Positions 1 to 9,228 of a stretch of 64,000 nt of DNA are shown here, one piece after another. The position numbers were made by a program, and so were the translations under genes. This stretch comes from Myxococcota bacterium (lineage in GTDB: Bacteria > Myxococcota > XYA12-FULL-58-9 > JALHOP01): the NCBI GenBank assembly GCA_041288095.1, contig JBGGMJ010000187.1:32829-96828 (forward strand), written 5' to 3'. The first letter of the stretch is position 1; each line of letters opens with the position of its first letter. The notes below the pieces were generated by a model. It was not told the origin of the DNA, made no database searches, and was given only the letters and a program-made list of their open reading frames with translations.

Positions 1-1550
1 CCCGCGATGTCGTTGGGCTTCACGAGCAGCTTGCCGGTGCACTGGCGCGAGGTCACGTTGACGAGCTCGCTGTACGCCTTGGTCACCGACGAGAGGTCGA
101 GGTTCTCTTCGTTGTCCGAGGCGTTGTGGCAGCTTTGCGCGCAGCGATTGGTGCGACTCCCGGTGGGCTTCTGGAAGAGCGGGTACACGTCGGTCGCGAA
201 GGTCTTCACGGGCCAGGCGCACACGCCGGTGTTGCAGGATTGGATGGAAGCGCAGGTGCCGCACGTGCCACCGCAGCCGTCGCTCCCACAGGTCTTGCCG
301 CTGCAGCTCGGCGTGCAGCCGCACTGACCTGAAGCGTTGCAGCTCGCGCCCCCGCCGCACGAGCCACACGAGCCACCGCAGCCATCGCTCCCGCAGGTGC
401 GACCGCTGCAGTCGGGCGTGCAACCGCATTGGCCGCCGGCGCTGCACTGGAGACCCGCTCCGCAGCTGCCGCACGAGCCACCGCAACCATTCGAGCCGCA
501 CGACTTGCCGACGCAATTCGGCACGCATTGGCACTGACCGGCGGTGCTGCACGTGGTGCCCGAGCCGCAGGTGCCACACGACCCGCCGCACCCGTTCGAG
601 CCGCACACGCGCCCGCTACAGCTCGGCGTGCACGTCGTCACGCACTGACCGCTGGTCGTATTGCACGAGGTGCCTGACCCGCAGACGCCGCACGATCCGC
701 CGCATCCGTCGTCGCCGCACTCCTTGCTGTTGCAGCTGGGCACACATTGGCACGTGCCCGAGGAGGTACACGTCGAGCCGACGGCGCACGATCCGCACGC
801 GTTGCCGCAGCCGTCGTCACCGCACTCTTTGCCGTTGCAGTTGGGCACGCAGATGCACTGCCCCTGCGAACACGCACCGTTGACCGCGGTGCATTCGCCG
901 CACGCGCCGCCGCAGCCGTCCTCGCCGCAAACCTTGCCGTTACAGTTCGGCATGCACTCGCACGCGCGCACGTCCGAGCACAGCGTGCCCGACCCGCAGC
1001 TGCCGCAGCTCCCAGCGCAGCCATCGTCGCCGCACGCCGCGCCCTCACAGTCGGGGAGGCAGACCTCTTGGATGCACTGGCCACCCCCGGTGCAGGCGAG
1101 GCCCGCGTCGCACGTGCCGCACGAGCCGCCGCACCCGTCCTCGCCGCAGGCGCGACCCGAGCACGCGGGCTGACAGGGCGCATCGGCGAGGCGCTGAAGC
1201 TCTTCGAAGAGTAGCGCGCGGTCGCAATCGGACAGCCGCTGGTTGGGGGGCATGACCCCGTCTTCGATAGCGGTACGGATGTCGTTCGAGAGGGCGCGGA
1301 TGTCGCCGGGGGTGTCGAAATTCACTCCCGCCGGGGATCCGAATCGCCCCGTGCTCGGCAGGGTCGCCGAATGGCACCCCAAGCACTGGTTTTCGATGAC
1401 CAATGCGCCGCTCTCCTCGCACGAGCTTTGCAATTGCAGGGGATCGTGGATGATCCCCTCGACGACGCAGCCCGCTGCCGCCACCGCCAGGCAACAGCTA
1501 GTGATGGCGAGGAGCAGGCTTCGGCGGAAGGTCGTGCTCGAACGTGGCAT
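1..1550 (-). CDS. Lipoprotein with N-terminal cytochrome c-like domain, nine Cys-rich repeats and a second heme-motif domain (3'-partial, runs off window)
   Basis: Not in ORF track; translated by hand from ATG at 1550 (MPRSSTTFRRSLLLAITSCCLAVAAAGC, lipobox AAGC). CLGCH at 1371-1385; nine ~35-aa CxPxCxGxxCGxDGCGGxCGxC repeats at ~215-1176; TFATDVYPLF...CAQSCH (126-143). Frame stays open to base 1. Confidence 0.85.
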   Translation of the reverse strand, partial: MPRSSTTFRRSLLLAITSCCLAVAAAGCVVEGIIHDPLQLQSSCEESGALVIENQCLGCHSATLPSTGRFGSPAGVNFDTPGDIRALSNDIRTAIEDGVMPPNQRLSDCDRALLFEELQRLADAPCQPACSGRACGEDGCGGSCGTCDAGLACTGGGQCIQEVCLPDCEGAACGDDGCAGSCGSCGSGTLCSDVRACECMPNCNGKVCGEDGCGGACGECTAVNGACSQGQCICVPNCNGKECGDDGCGNACGSCAVGSTCTSSGTCQCVPSCNSKECGDDGCGGSCGVCGSGTSCNTTSGQCVTTCTPSCSGRVCGSNGCGGSCGTCGSGTTCSTAGQCQCVPNCVGKSCGSNGCGGSCGSCGAGLQCSAGGQCGCTPDCSGRTCGSDGCGGSCGSCGGGASCNASGQCGCTPSCSGKTCGSDGCGGTCGTCASIQSCNTGVCAWPVKTFATDVYPLFQKPTGSRTNRCAQSCHNASDNEENLDLSSVTKAYSELVNVTSRQCTGKLLVKPNDIA

Positions 1551-1627
1551 ACGAGGGCGTTGTTACGGGAGCGGCTTTGGTTACAGGCGGTCGCGCAGAA
1601 AAGGTCGGAGCGTGCTAAGCCCCGGAC

Positions 1628-3499
1628 ATGCTGCTCGCTGCGGCACTCCTGACGATCGACTCACTGGTGCGCGCGGCGTCACCTGTGGCCGCCGTCGTGC
1701 CCGATGCCGTGATCATCGACGAGGTTGCGGTGGTCGAGCTGACGGCGCGCGATGTCGACCCAGCGACGCACGCGTGGGTCGTCGAAGCCGGTGAGCTCGA
1801 GAGCATCGCCGGCGGCGCGGCCGAGGTTCGAGCGCGCTGGCGTCTACCGCTCGATGTGAAGCCGCGACGGCTGGCGGCGGCGCTCGTCGACTACGCGACG
1901 CCACGTGCGACGTTCGTCACCGTTCCCATCTCGCGGCGAGCACGCGTGCAAATCGAGGCGACGCCGCTTGCCCAGGTGAGTCTCTTCCTCGGCAACACCT
2001 TGGCCGCGTCGGGCACGACCGACGCTCAGGGCAAGCTCGAGCTGCGCGTCGTCGTGCCCCCCGCGAGCCTTTCCGCGCGTGTCGAGCAAACGACCCGGCG
2101 CGGTCAGGTCCCACCCCGCTTCGACCGTCTCGACGTCGCCGATGAGCTGCACGTCTTCACCGTGCCGATGGTGCGCACTCTCGTGCCCGACGGCGTGGCC
2201 AGCGCGCCGCTTGCGACCCTGGTCTACAGCGATGGGCAGTCCGCGGTCGACGCCGAGGTGAGCATCCGCGCCGCCGGCAAGGTGCTGCGCGCGACGCCGA
2301 TCACCGCGCCTGGTGAGCGTGCCGCGCGGGTGTCCGCCGCCGCAGCGCACGCCGCCGCGGCGGATGCTCTCACCATCATCACGCGCGCTGCCGCCGGCGA
2401 GCGCCACGCGGAGCACCGGGCGACGCTCATGTTCGCACCGCTGCCGGCGTCGACCCTCGAGGTGATAGCGCCCGCGGAGCCGTGGAGCGCGGGCGCCCCG
2501 ATCGAGCTCGCGGCGACCGCCCGCGATGAGCTTGGACGCGCCGTTGCGACCGAGGTGAGCGTCATGGCCCTGCCGCCGCATGACGACCTCGTCATCGACG
2601 CCGGCGACGCGGCGCACGTCCGCTTGCGGGCACCGACGAACATCGACTCCGCGTTGACGCTCGAGGTGCGCGCGACGACGGCAGCGACAACGCGGCGGAC
2701 CTTTCGCCTCGTCGCCGCCGAGCCCGCGACCGTGCGCCTCGAGCGCGCGGGGGATCATGGGTTCATGCTCGCGGTCGACGACGCCTTCGGCAATCCGAGC
2801 CCAGGGGTGACGCCCACTCTGGTGGCTGGGTCCGGCGAGGTCGAGGCGCTCGTAGAGACCGCGCCGGGACGCTGGCAGGGAGTATGGGTGCCCGCCATAG
2901 CGGACCAGCGCGAGGAGACGCGCCTCAACGCCTCCCTGCCCACGAGCAGCGCTGAGACGGTCATGCGTCACTACGGCAGCGCCTGGGCGGTTCAGGTGAG
3001 CGGCTATGGCGGAGCGTTGGTCGGTCGCGGCTCCTTGCTCGGTGTCGGCGGCTTGGTCCTCGTCGAGGCGCGCCTGCCGAAGCTGCCGTCGCGGCTCAGC
3101 ATCGATGCGGCCGCGGGCGGCTGGTACGCGGCGCGCGAACAAACCGCCGAGCCGGGACTCGCGGCGACGCGACGTGCCGCCCTGGTGCCGCTAGGCCTCG
3201 GTGTGAGCTGGGAGATGCCGCTCGCGATCGGCTGGCGCTGCGACGTCGGAGTCATGGGCGGCGTGCTCCTCACCAGTACGTCGACGACTGTACGCGAAAA
3301 CGGTGTGACCGTCGCCGGCCCGCGGAGCCTGAAGGGAAGCACGGCACAGCTGACTCCCTGGGTGCGTGTCGGACGGCAGGCCGGGCCGGGACTGGTCGCC
3401 GTCCTGGTGAGCGGCCTCATCGCGCTCGGCGGCGTCTCGACATGGACGGAACCGCCGCTGGTCGCCTCGCTGGCGCTGGGCTACGCTTGGGAACCATGA
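1628..3499 (+). CDS. Exported protein with Ig-like segments and probable C-terminal outer-membrane beta-barrel
   Basis: 623 aa, hydrophobic N-terminus, VDDAFGNP Ig-like motif, amphipathic Gly/aromatic strands ending LALGYAWEP; ATGA overlap with next gene. Confidence 0.65.
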   Translation: MLLAAALLTIDSLVRAASPVAAVVPDAVIIDEVAVVELTARDVDPATHAWVVEAGELESIAGGAAEVRARWRLPLDVKPRRLAAALVDYATPRATFVTVPISRRARVQIEATPLAQVSLFLGNTLAASGTTDAQGKLELRVVVPPASLSARVEQTTRRGQVPPRFDRLDVADELHVFTVPMVRTLVPDGVASAPLATLVYSDGQSAVDAEVSIRAAGKVLRATPITAPGERAARVSAAAAHAAAADALTIITRAAAGERHAEHRATLMFAPLPASTLEVIAPAEPWSAGAPIELAATARDELGRAVATEVSVMALPPHDDLVIDAGDAAHVRLRAPTNIDSALTLEVRATTAATTRRTFRLVAAEPATVRLERAGDHGFMLAVDDAFGNPSPGVTPTLVAGSGEVEALVETAPGRWQGVWVPAIADQREETRLNASLPTSSAETVMRHYGSAWAVQVSGYGGALVGRGSLLGVGGLVLVEARLPKLPSRLSIDAAAGGWYAAREQTAEPGLAATRRAALVPLGLGVSWEMPLAIGWRCDVGVMGGVLLTSTSTTVRENGVTVAGPRSLKGSTAQLTPWVRVGRQAGPGLVAVLVSGLIALGGVSTWTEPPLVASLALGYAWEP

Positions 3500-4719
3500 G
3501 ACGCGCGGCGCTTCTGGGTGCGGTCGTGCTGGGTGGGTGCTTCGCCGACGCGACCTCGCGCGTGGTCGCGGTCGATCCGACGAGCGGTGTGAACGACGCG
3601 AGCACGCCCATCACCATCTCGGGGCACCACCTCGACGTGGGAGTCGACGAGCGCTTCGACACCGAAGTGCTGAGCATCGATCGCTCTTACTCCGCGCGTC
3701 TGGGCGAGCGCGACCTCACCGACGTGCGCTGGATTGACACGCAGACCATCAGCGCCAGCGTTCCCGCGGGGCTTTTGCCGGGGACGTACGACTTGCTGGT
3801 CGTGGGACCGCGCCGCCGGCTCACGTTGCCGCGGGCGTTCACGGTCGTGTCAGAGGTCTTGCGCCAGGATTGCGCACCGGAAGCCACGCGCGTCGTCGAC
3901 GCGGCGACGCTTGCTGCCGCCGTGAGCAGCGCCAACTCCAGCCCCGGAGAGCAGCAGATCTGTGTCGACGCGATCATCACCCTCACGGCGACCCTCACCA
4001 TGACAGACGATCTCGTGCTTTACGGCACGCCGCGCGGCGCCTTGGCTGGTGACGGGCTGGCTCCGGGCGCGACCGGGCTAGTCATCGACGGCGGTGACGT
4101 GCGTATCGAGGATCTGCGCTTCACGACCTTCTCCACGCTGGCGGTGGAATCCGATAGCGGCACCTTGGTCGTGCGGCGCAGCGTCTTCGTCGACTGCACC
4201 GAGGCGATCGATGGGAACACGCAGATCGAAGTCGATCGGTGCACTTTCGACGGCGGCAACGGCGCCGCCATCCGCGCCAGCAGCGTGCGCGGCGCGGTCG
4301 TTCGCATTCACCACAACATCGTCGCCAATCACGCGCGCGCCGTGCAGGTCGACGACCTCGACGAGATCCGCATCGACAACAACACCTTCCACCGTCTGAC
4401 GGACGACGCCTTGCGTGTCGACTTCGTCGCCGCGGTTCGTGTCCGCAATAACATCTTCAACCTGTTCACAGGTGATGCCGCCGAGCTCCCGGGCTCGACC
4501 ATGGCCGAGCCGGCCACCGCGAACGCGCTCACCCCGGCAGTGGCCTGCTCGTCGTGCATCTTCGGCGCCGGCAACCCCGTGGTCGACTGCCGCCTCACCG
4601 ATCCGGACAACGGCGATTTCACGCTGGATGCGACGAGCCCATGCATCGATGCCGGGGTCGATGTAGGCTCGTTGTTCGAGGGAGCAGCTCCGGATCTAGG
4701 GGCGCTCGAGAGCCGATGA
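3496..4719 (+). CDS. Lipoprotein with IPT/TIG domain and right-handed parallel beta-helix
   Basis: ATG 3496 overlaps upstream TGA; lipobox LGGC; IPT-like VDPTSG...ITISG...PGTYDLLV; IHHNIV/IDNNTF/VRNNIF Asn ladders; C-terminal DFTL..TSPCIDAG...PDLGALE typical of beta-helix proteins. Confidence 0.8.
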   Translation: MRRAALLGAVVLGGCFADATSRVVAVDPTSGVNDASTPITISGHHLDVGVDERFDTEVLSIDRSYSARLGERDLTDVRWIDTQTISASVPAGLLPGTYDLLVVGPRRRLTLPRAFTVVSEVLRQDCAPEATRVVDAATLAAAVSSANSSPGEQQICVDAIITLTATLTMTDDLVLYGTPRGALAGDGLAPGATGLVIDGGDVRIEDLRFTTFSTLAVESDSGTLVVRRSVFVDCTEAIDGNTQIEVDRCTFDGGNGAAIRASSVRGAVVRIHHNIVANHARAVQVDDLDEIRIDNNTFHRLTDDALRVDFVAAVRVRNNIFNLFTGDAAELPGSTMAEPATANALTPAVACSSCIFGAGNPVVDCRLTDPDNGDFTLDATSPCIDAGVDVGSLFEGAAPDLGALESR

Positions 4720-4721
4720 CC

Positions 4722-4747
4722 TGTAACCGTTCTCCCGGTCGCGACTA
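4722..4747 (+). promoter_or_regulatory. Candidate ECF sigma promoter TGTAACC-N13-CGACTA
   Basis: Directly upstream of the ECF gene; AAC/CG cores resemble ECF -35/-10 elements; same TGTAACC-N13-CGTC spacing at 55473-55496. Confidence 0.35.
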
Positions 4748-4750
4748 GGT

Positions 4751-5401
4751 ATGGCAACGTCCATATCGCGGCAGGTGTCTGCGACCGAGTGCGCAACTGT
4801 GCGATCTGGCGAGGGTGCGGGAGATCAACGTGTGGTGCGTGGCACACCTGAGTGGGAGCGCGATTGCGTCGAGCGCAGCCGCCGCGGCGACGAGGACGCG
4901 TTCGGCGAGCTCCTGGCCACCTACCAGAGCCGTGTGTTCAGCCTTGTGGCGCGTTGGGTGGGACGGCGGGACGAAGCCCACGAGCTCACACAGGAGGCGT
5001 TCTTGATCGCCTTTCGCGAACAGGAGCGCTTCGACGTGACGCGGCCATTTCGACCCTGGCTGCTCAAGATTGCCGTCAATGTCTGCCGCAACCACATGCG
5101 CCGCCACGCGCGCCGCGAAGTTCCCCACAGCCCCGAGCCTGTGAGTCAGGGCTTGTGGCAGCTCGCCGAGCCGACCCCCGAAGCCTCGGCGGCCCAACGC
5201 GCCGAAGGCCGCCGCCTCGCCGCTGCGATGCAAGAGCTCAGCACCGACGATCGCACCATCCTGCTGCTACGCTTTCGTGAGGACCTGCCGTACGAGGAGC
5301 TTGCTGTCGTGCTAGGTCGGCCACAGACCCTGCTCAAAGTGCGTGTCCACCGCGCCTTGAAACGCCTGCGGCGCATGCTCGAACAGGAGCCGGCGCCATG
5401 A
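4751..5401 (+). CDS. ECF RNA polymerase sigma-70 factor
   Basis: GDEDAFGELL, AHELTQEAFL, FRPWLLKIAVN (region 2); LPYEELAVVLG..VHRALKRL (region 4); start could be a later GTG. Confidence 0.92.
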   Translation: MATSISRQVSATECATVRSGEGAGDQRVVRGTPEWERDCVERSRRGDEDAFGELLATYQSRVFSLVARWVGRRDEAHELTQEAFLIAFREQERFDVTRPFRPWLLKIAVNVCRNHMRRHARREVPHSPEPVSQGLWQLAEPTPEASAAQRAEGRRLAAAMQELSTDDRTILLLRFREDLPYEELAVVLGRPQTLLKVRVHRALKRLRRMLEQEPAP

Positions 5402-6405
5402 GCAGCCCAACCGACGATCAGGTGCGCAAAGCGCTGCGTAGCCTCGAGTCACTCACGCCCGACCGCGATCTGGTCGAAGCAGCGCGCATGCGTCATCGCG
5501 CGGAGCAGACGCGAGTCAAGCGGCCGCGTCGTGCCTGGCCCTTGCTGGTGCTCGGTGGCGGCGTCGCCGCCGTTGCGGCGTTGCTGGTGGCGATTGCCCC
5601 GCTACCGCGTCACCCCGAGGGTCAGTCCGCGATAGCGACGCTAGTCGTCCTCGAGGTCCAGGGCACGGCATGGCAAGGAGAAGGCGCCGCGCGGGTCGCG
5701 CTCCACCCTGGAGACCACGTCCGCCGCGATACCGCCTTCAGCACCGACGACGGCGCGCGTGCCACCTTTCTCGATGCCGGCGCGAGCGCGCTCACCCTGA
5801 GCGAAGCCTCGCGAGCGCGCTGGCTCACCGCCGAAGCGGACGCGAGCCGGGTCGAGGTCGAGCACGGCGTCATGCGCATCGATGCGAAGAGCGCGGTGAT
5901 TCCGCTGGTCGTGACCATCGCCGGCGCGAGCGAGGCATTGCGCATCGAGGCTGGGAGCCTGGGCGTCGTCGCCGGCTCGGGCACGGGGAGCTTCGCGGTG
6001 CTCGAGGGAGAAGCGTTGCTCACCCGCGGGGCGGCAGCCGAAACCATCAAGCGCGGCCGAGAAGTGGTCGCGCGCCGCGACGCCACCGAAGCCGTCGCAA
6101 CCGAGCTGCGCCTCACCCTGGCGTCGGTCGGTGCGCTCACGAGTGCCACGCAGAGCGTGGTGGTGAGCGGCGAGACGCGACCCGGAGTGCTCGTCACCAT
6201 CAACGGTGTCGACGCGCTGGTCGACGCCGAGGGTCGCTTCTCGGCGAAGATCACCCTCACGGCATCCACGCGTCGCATCGTCATCATCGCGCGTGACGCT
6301 CTCGACCGCTCCCGCCGCGCCGTGCTCGCGGTGCAGCGGCCGGTGCGCGAGCCGCGCGAGCGCCCAGCCGAGACGCACTGGCAGTGGGAGCGCACTCCGG
6401 GCTGA
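5398..6405 (+). CDS. FecR-domain anti-sigma factor with C-terminal Ig-like domain
   Basis: ATGA-coupled to sigma; one TM helix; FecR-like LHPGD..STDDGARATF..VLEGEA; VSGETRPGVLVTING..DAEGRFS Ig-like tail. Confidence 0.8.
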   Translation: MSSPTDDQVRKALRSLESLTPDRDLVEAARMRHRAEQTRVKRPRRAWPLLVLGGGVAAVAALLVAIAPLPRHPEGQSAIATLVVLEVQGTAWQGEGAARVALHPGDHVRRDTAFSTDDGARATFLDAGASALTLSEASRARWLTAEADASRVEVEHGVMRIDAKSAVIPLVVTIAGASEALRIEAGSLGVVAGSGTGSFAVLEGEALLTRGAAAETIKRGREVVARRDATEAVATELRLTLASVGALTSATQSVVVSGETRPGVLVTINGVDALVDAEGRFSAKITLTASTRRIVIIARDALDRSRRAVLAVQRPVREPRERPAETHWQWERTPG

Positions 6406-6531
6406 CGACGCACCCACTGAAGCGGGTACGTTGCGAGCCATGGCCGCTCCTGTCTGACTCGAGGTCAGCCGTCGACATCAACCGTTCCGCGGCTCGGCAG
6501 CGAATGTTCACCAGCTGGAGGTTTTCCGTTC

Positions 6532-6909
6532 ATGGCTGGTGCCGCCCCGTTGACTGATGTTTCCCCCGAAGTAACCTCGTTCTTGATCCGAGCCGCGGCG
6601 ATGAGCAGTGGCAATCCCGACGAGCTGACCTCGCAAGAGCTCGACTCCCAGATCGCGTCGCAGAACCGCATCGGCTTGGAGCGGCTCGGTGCCTATGCCG
6701 CGGCCGCCAAGGGCCAACCGGCCGAGCGCGACGTCCTCAGCGCAGAGAACCACCATCGCACCGCGAACCACCTGCTCGGCATCCGACGCGCGCTGTTCGG
6801 TGATGGCCAAGGGGCCATGAAGACGCCCGATGCGCTGTCACGCGCCAGCGGCTTCAGACTGCAATGGAACCAGGTTCCCGGCGAGTTCCCGACGCGCTGC
6901 TCGCGCTAG
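6532..6909 (+). CDS. Hypothetical protein
   Basis: 125-aa ORF with GGAGG upstream, fills an intergenic gap; no motif. Confidence 0.45.
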   Translation: MAGAAPLTDVSPEVTSFLIRAAAMSSGNPDELTSQELDSQIASQNRIGLERLGAYAAAAKGQPAERDVLSAENHHRTANHLLGIRRALFGDGQGAMKTPDALSRASGFRLQWNQVPGEFPTRCSR

Positions 6910-7022
6910 TTGTGGTCCGTTGACGCCGTGACCGTCGCGCCAGCGGACTGGGAGGCGGCTATCGCCAACCTAGCAAGCCGCCTCGAGTGACAGCGGTTCC
7001 CGCGCTCGCGCGTCCTAGAGTT

Positions 7023-7502
7023 CTAGGGCGACGACGGCGCAGACGGTGGCGAGCACTGCATGATCCGACATTCGCGGATGACGAGCGATCCCGGGTCGAG
7101 CACGGGATTCGCTTGGAGATGCAACAGGCCCGAGCAAGCGTCCAAGGCCGCGATGCCGGCCGCGTCGCGCGTCTTGCCATTCTTGGTCATCGAGACGCGC
7201 CGCTCATCCGAGTAGTCCGCCCCGCCGCTGTCATTGGGAGGAAGCCACGTCCCCGCAGCCAAGCAAGACCAGCCTGAGGGGCGCATCTCGGCCGCTAGCT
7301 TTTTGCACGACCACTTCGACTGAGCCAGGGTTTCGGCGGGCTTGGTATTACGCGGCGCGCAGTAGTTCATGCAGAAATCGTAAGTCCAAAGCTTGCACTC
7401 GCTGATCTTGCCGCAGAGAGCGTTGCACGACTTGTCCGCTTGCGCGGTGGCCGGCAGCAGCGAGAATACGAGGGGCAGCAGAAACAACGAGATGGCGCGC
7501 AT
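7023..7502 (-). CDS. Small secreted Cys-rich protein
   Basis: Signal peptide (..PATAQA/DK); CxxxCxKxxxC...CxxxC pattern. Confidence 0.7.
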   Translation of the reverse strand: MRAISLFLLPLVFSLLPATAQADKSCNALCGKISECKLWTYDFCMNYCAPRNTKPAETLAQSKWSCKKLAAEMRPSGWSCLAAGTWLPPNDSGGADYSDERRVSMTKNGKTRDAAGIAALDACSGLLHLQANPVLDPGSLVIRECRIMQCSPPSAPSSP

Positions 7503-7571
7503 GAAGCCACTTACCCGCCGCTTGCCGTCCGTGGCTCGACTCCTGTAGGGGGCCCTCGCTGGACCCCCACG

Positions 7572-9164
7572 ATGATCACCACTGAAGGCCTTTCGTTAGC
7601 GTACGGCAGACGCGTCCTGTTCGAGTCTGTTTCGGTAAAGCTCACCCCCGGGAACTGCTACGGGCTCATCGGTGCCAACGGCGCCGGCAAGTCGTCGTTC
7701 CTGAAGATCCTGGCAGGAGAGATCGAGCCCAGCGCGGGTAAAGTCTCCGTCCCCAAGGGTCTGCGCATGAGCGTGCTCAAGCAGGATCACTACGCCTTCG
7801 ACGAGGTGACCGCGCTCGACACCGTGATCATGGGCCACCATCATCTCCACGAGCTGATGCGCGCCAAGGACGCGCTCTACGCCAAGCCCGATTTCAACGA
7901 CGATGACGGGCTGCGCGTCTCCGAGCTCGAGGCCGAGTTCACCGACCTCGGTGGCTGGGATGCCGAAACCAACGCGGCGCAGCTCCTGAGCAGTCTCGGC
8001 ATCGCCACCGAGCAACACCGCCGTCTGATGAAGGAGCTCTCGGGCAATGAGAAGGTGCGCGTGCTTCTCGCGCAGGCGCTCTTCGGTGATCCCGAGATCT
8101 TGCTGATGGACGAGCCGACCAACCATCTCGACGTCGCCTCCATCCTCTGGCTCGAGGAGTTCTTGGCGGAGTTCAAGAACACCGTCGTCGTCGTCTCCCA
8201 CGACCGGCACTTCTTGAACAACGTCTGCACGAACATCGCCGACATCGACTTTCAAAAGGTGCAGCTCTACACCGGCAACTACGAGTTTTGGTACGAGTCG
8301 AGTCAGCTCGCGCTCAAGCAGAGCCGCGAGCAAAACAAGAAGACCGAAGACAAGATGAAGGAGCTGCAGGAGTTCGTCAGGCGCTTCAGCGCCAACGCCT
8401 CCAAGTCGCGGCAAGCCACTTCACGCAAGAAGGTCCTGGAGAAGCTGGACCTCGCCGAGATCAAACCATCCTCGCGCAAGTATCCGCACATCATCTTCCG
8501 AGACATGAAGGAGCTCGGCAAGGACGTCCTCACCGTGACCGGGCTTGCCAAGGCTCTCGAGCAGCCACTGCTCGACAAGGTCAGCTTCAACGTCGGCCGC
8601 GGGGAAAAGGTCGCGGTGGTGGGCGACGACCAAGCGGTTTCGGTCTTGCTGCGCACGCTGGCGGGTGAAGACAAGCCGGACAAGGGCGAAGTGCGCTGGG
8701 GTCAGTCGGTCGCCTTGGGTTACATGCCGAGCGACAACGCGCGGTACTTCAACTCGCAGCTGAACCTCATCGACTGGCTCCGCCAGTACTCCGAGGAGCA
8801 GAGCGAAAACTTCATCCGAACCTATCTCGGCCGGATGTTGTTTTCCGGCGAGGAATCGTTGAAGCCGGTCTCGGTGTTGTCAGGCGGCGAGCGCGTGCGC
8901 TGCATGCTCGCAAAGGCCATGCTGCTCGCGCCCAACGTGCTCTTGCTCGACCAGCCAACCGGCCACCTCGATCTCGAATCCATCACCGCGCTCAACGACG
9001 CGCTGATCGCTTATCAAGGCACGGTCATCTTCGGTTCGCACGACGTGCAGTTTGCCCAGAGCCTGGCGACACGCGTCGTCGAGGTCACGCCGACACGCTT
9101 CACCGACCTCGCGATGAGCTACGACGAGTACATGGATCGCACGAAGGCCGCGCAGCAATCCTAA
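7572..9164 (+). CDS. ABC-F family ATPase (YbiT/YkpA-like)
   Basis: Two ABC domains without TM segments; GANGAGKS, LSGNEK, LLMDEPTNHLD, RFSANASKSRQATSRKK linker, LSGGERVR. Confidence 0.93.
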   Translation: MITTEGLSLAYGRRVLFESVSVKLTPGNCYGLIGANGAGKSSFLKILAGEIEPSAGKVSVPKGLRMSVLKQDHYAFDEVTALDTVIMGHHHLHELMRAKDALYAKPDFNDDDGLRVSELEAEFTDLGGWDAETNAAQLLSSLGIATEQHRRLMKELSGNEKVRVLLAQALFGDPEILLMDEPTNHLDVASILWLEEFLAEFKNTVVVVSHDRHFLNNVCTNIADIDFQKVQLYTGNYEFWYESSQLALKQSREQNKKTEDKMKELQEFVRRFSANASKSRQATSRKKVLEKLDLAEIKPSSRKYPHIIFRDMKELGKDVLTVTGLAKALEQPLLDKVSFNVGRGEKVAVVGDDQAVSVLLRTLAGEDKPDKGEVRWGQSVALGYMPSDNARYFNSQLNLIDWLRQYSEEQSENFIRTYLGRMLFSGEESLKPVSVLSGGERVRCMLAKAMLLAPNVLLLDQPTGHLDLESITALNDALIAYQGTVIFGSHDVQFAQSLATRVVEVTPTRFTDLAMSYDEYMDRTKAAQQS

Positions 9165-9174
9165 ACAAAGACAG

Positions 9175-9192
9175 ATCGACCAGGAACCTTCT
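9175..9192 (+). repeat. Dispersed motif copy 1 (ATCGACCAGGAACCTTCT)
   Basis: Exact match to copies at 18429-18446 (-) and 38712-38729 (+). Confidence 0.75.
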
Positions 9193-9228
9193 TGCGCAGG
9201 TCGTTGATTCGCCTGATCGATCAAGTCC

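Noticed and set aside
215..1176. CxxC-rich repeats as a multiheme cytochrome or ferredoxin array
   Set aside because: The repeats lack the His of CxxCH and sit in an exported protein, so disulfides are more likely.
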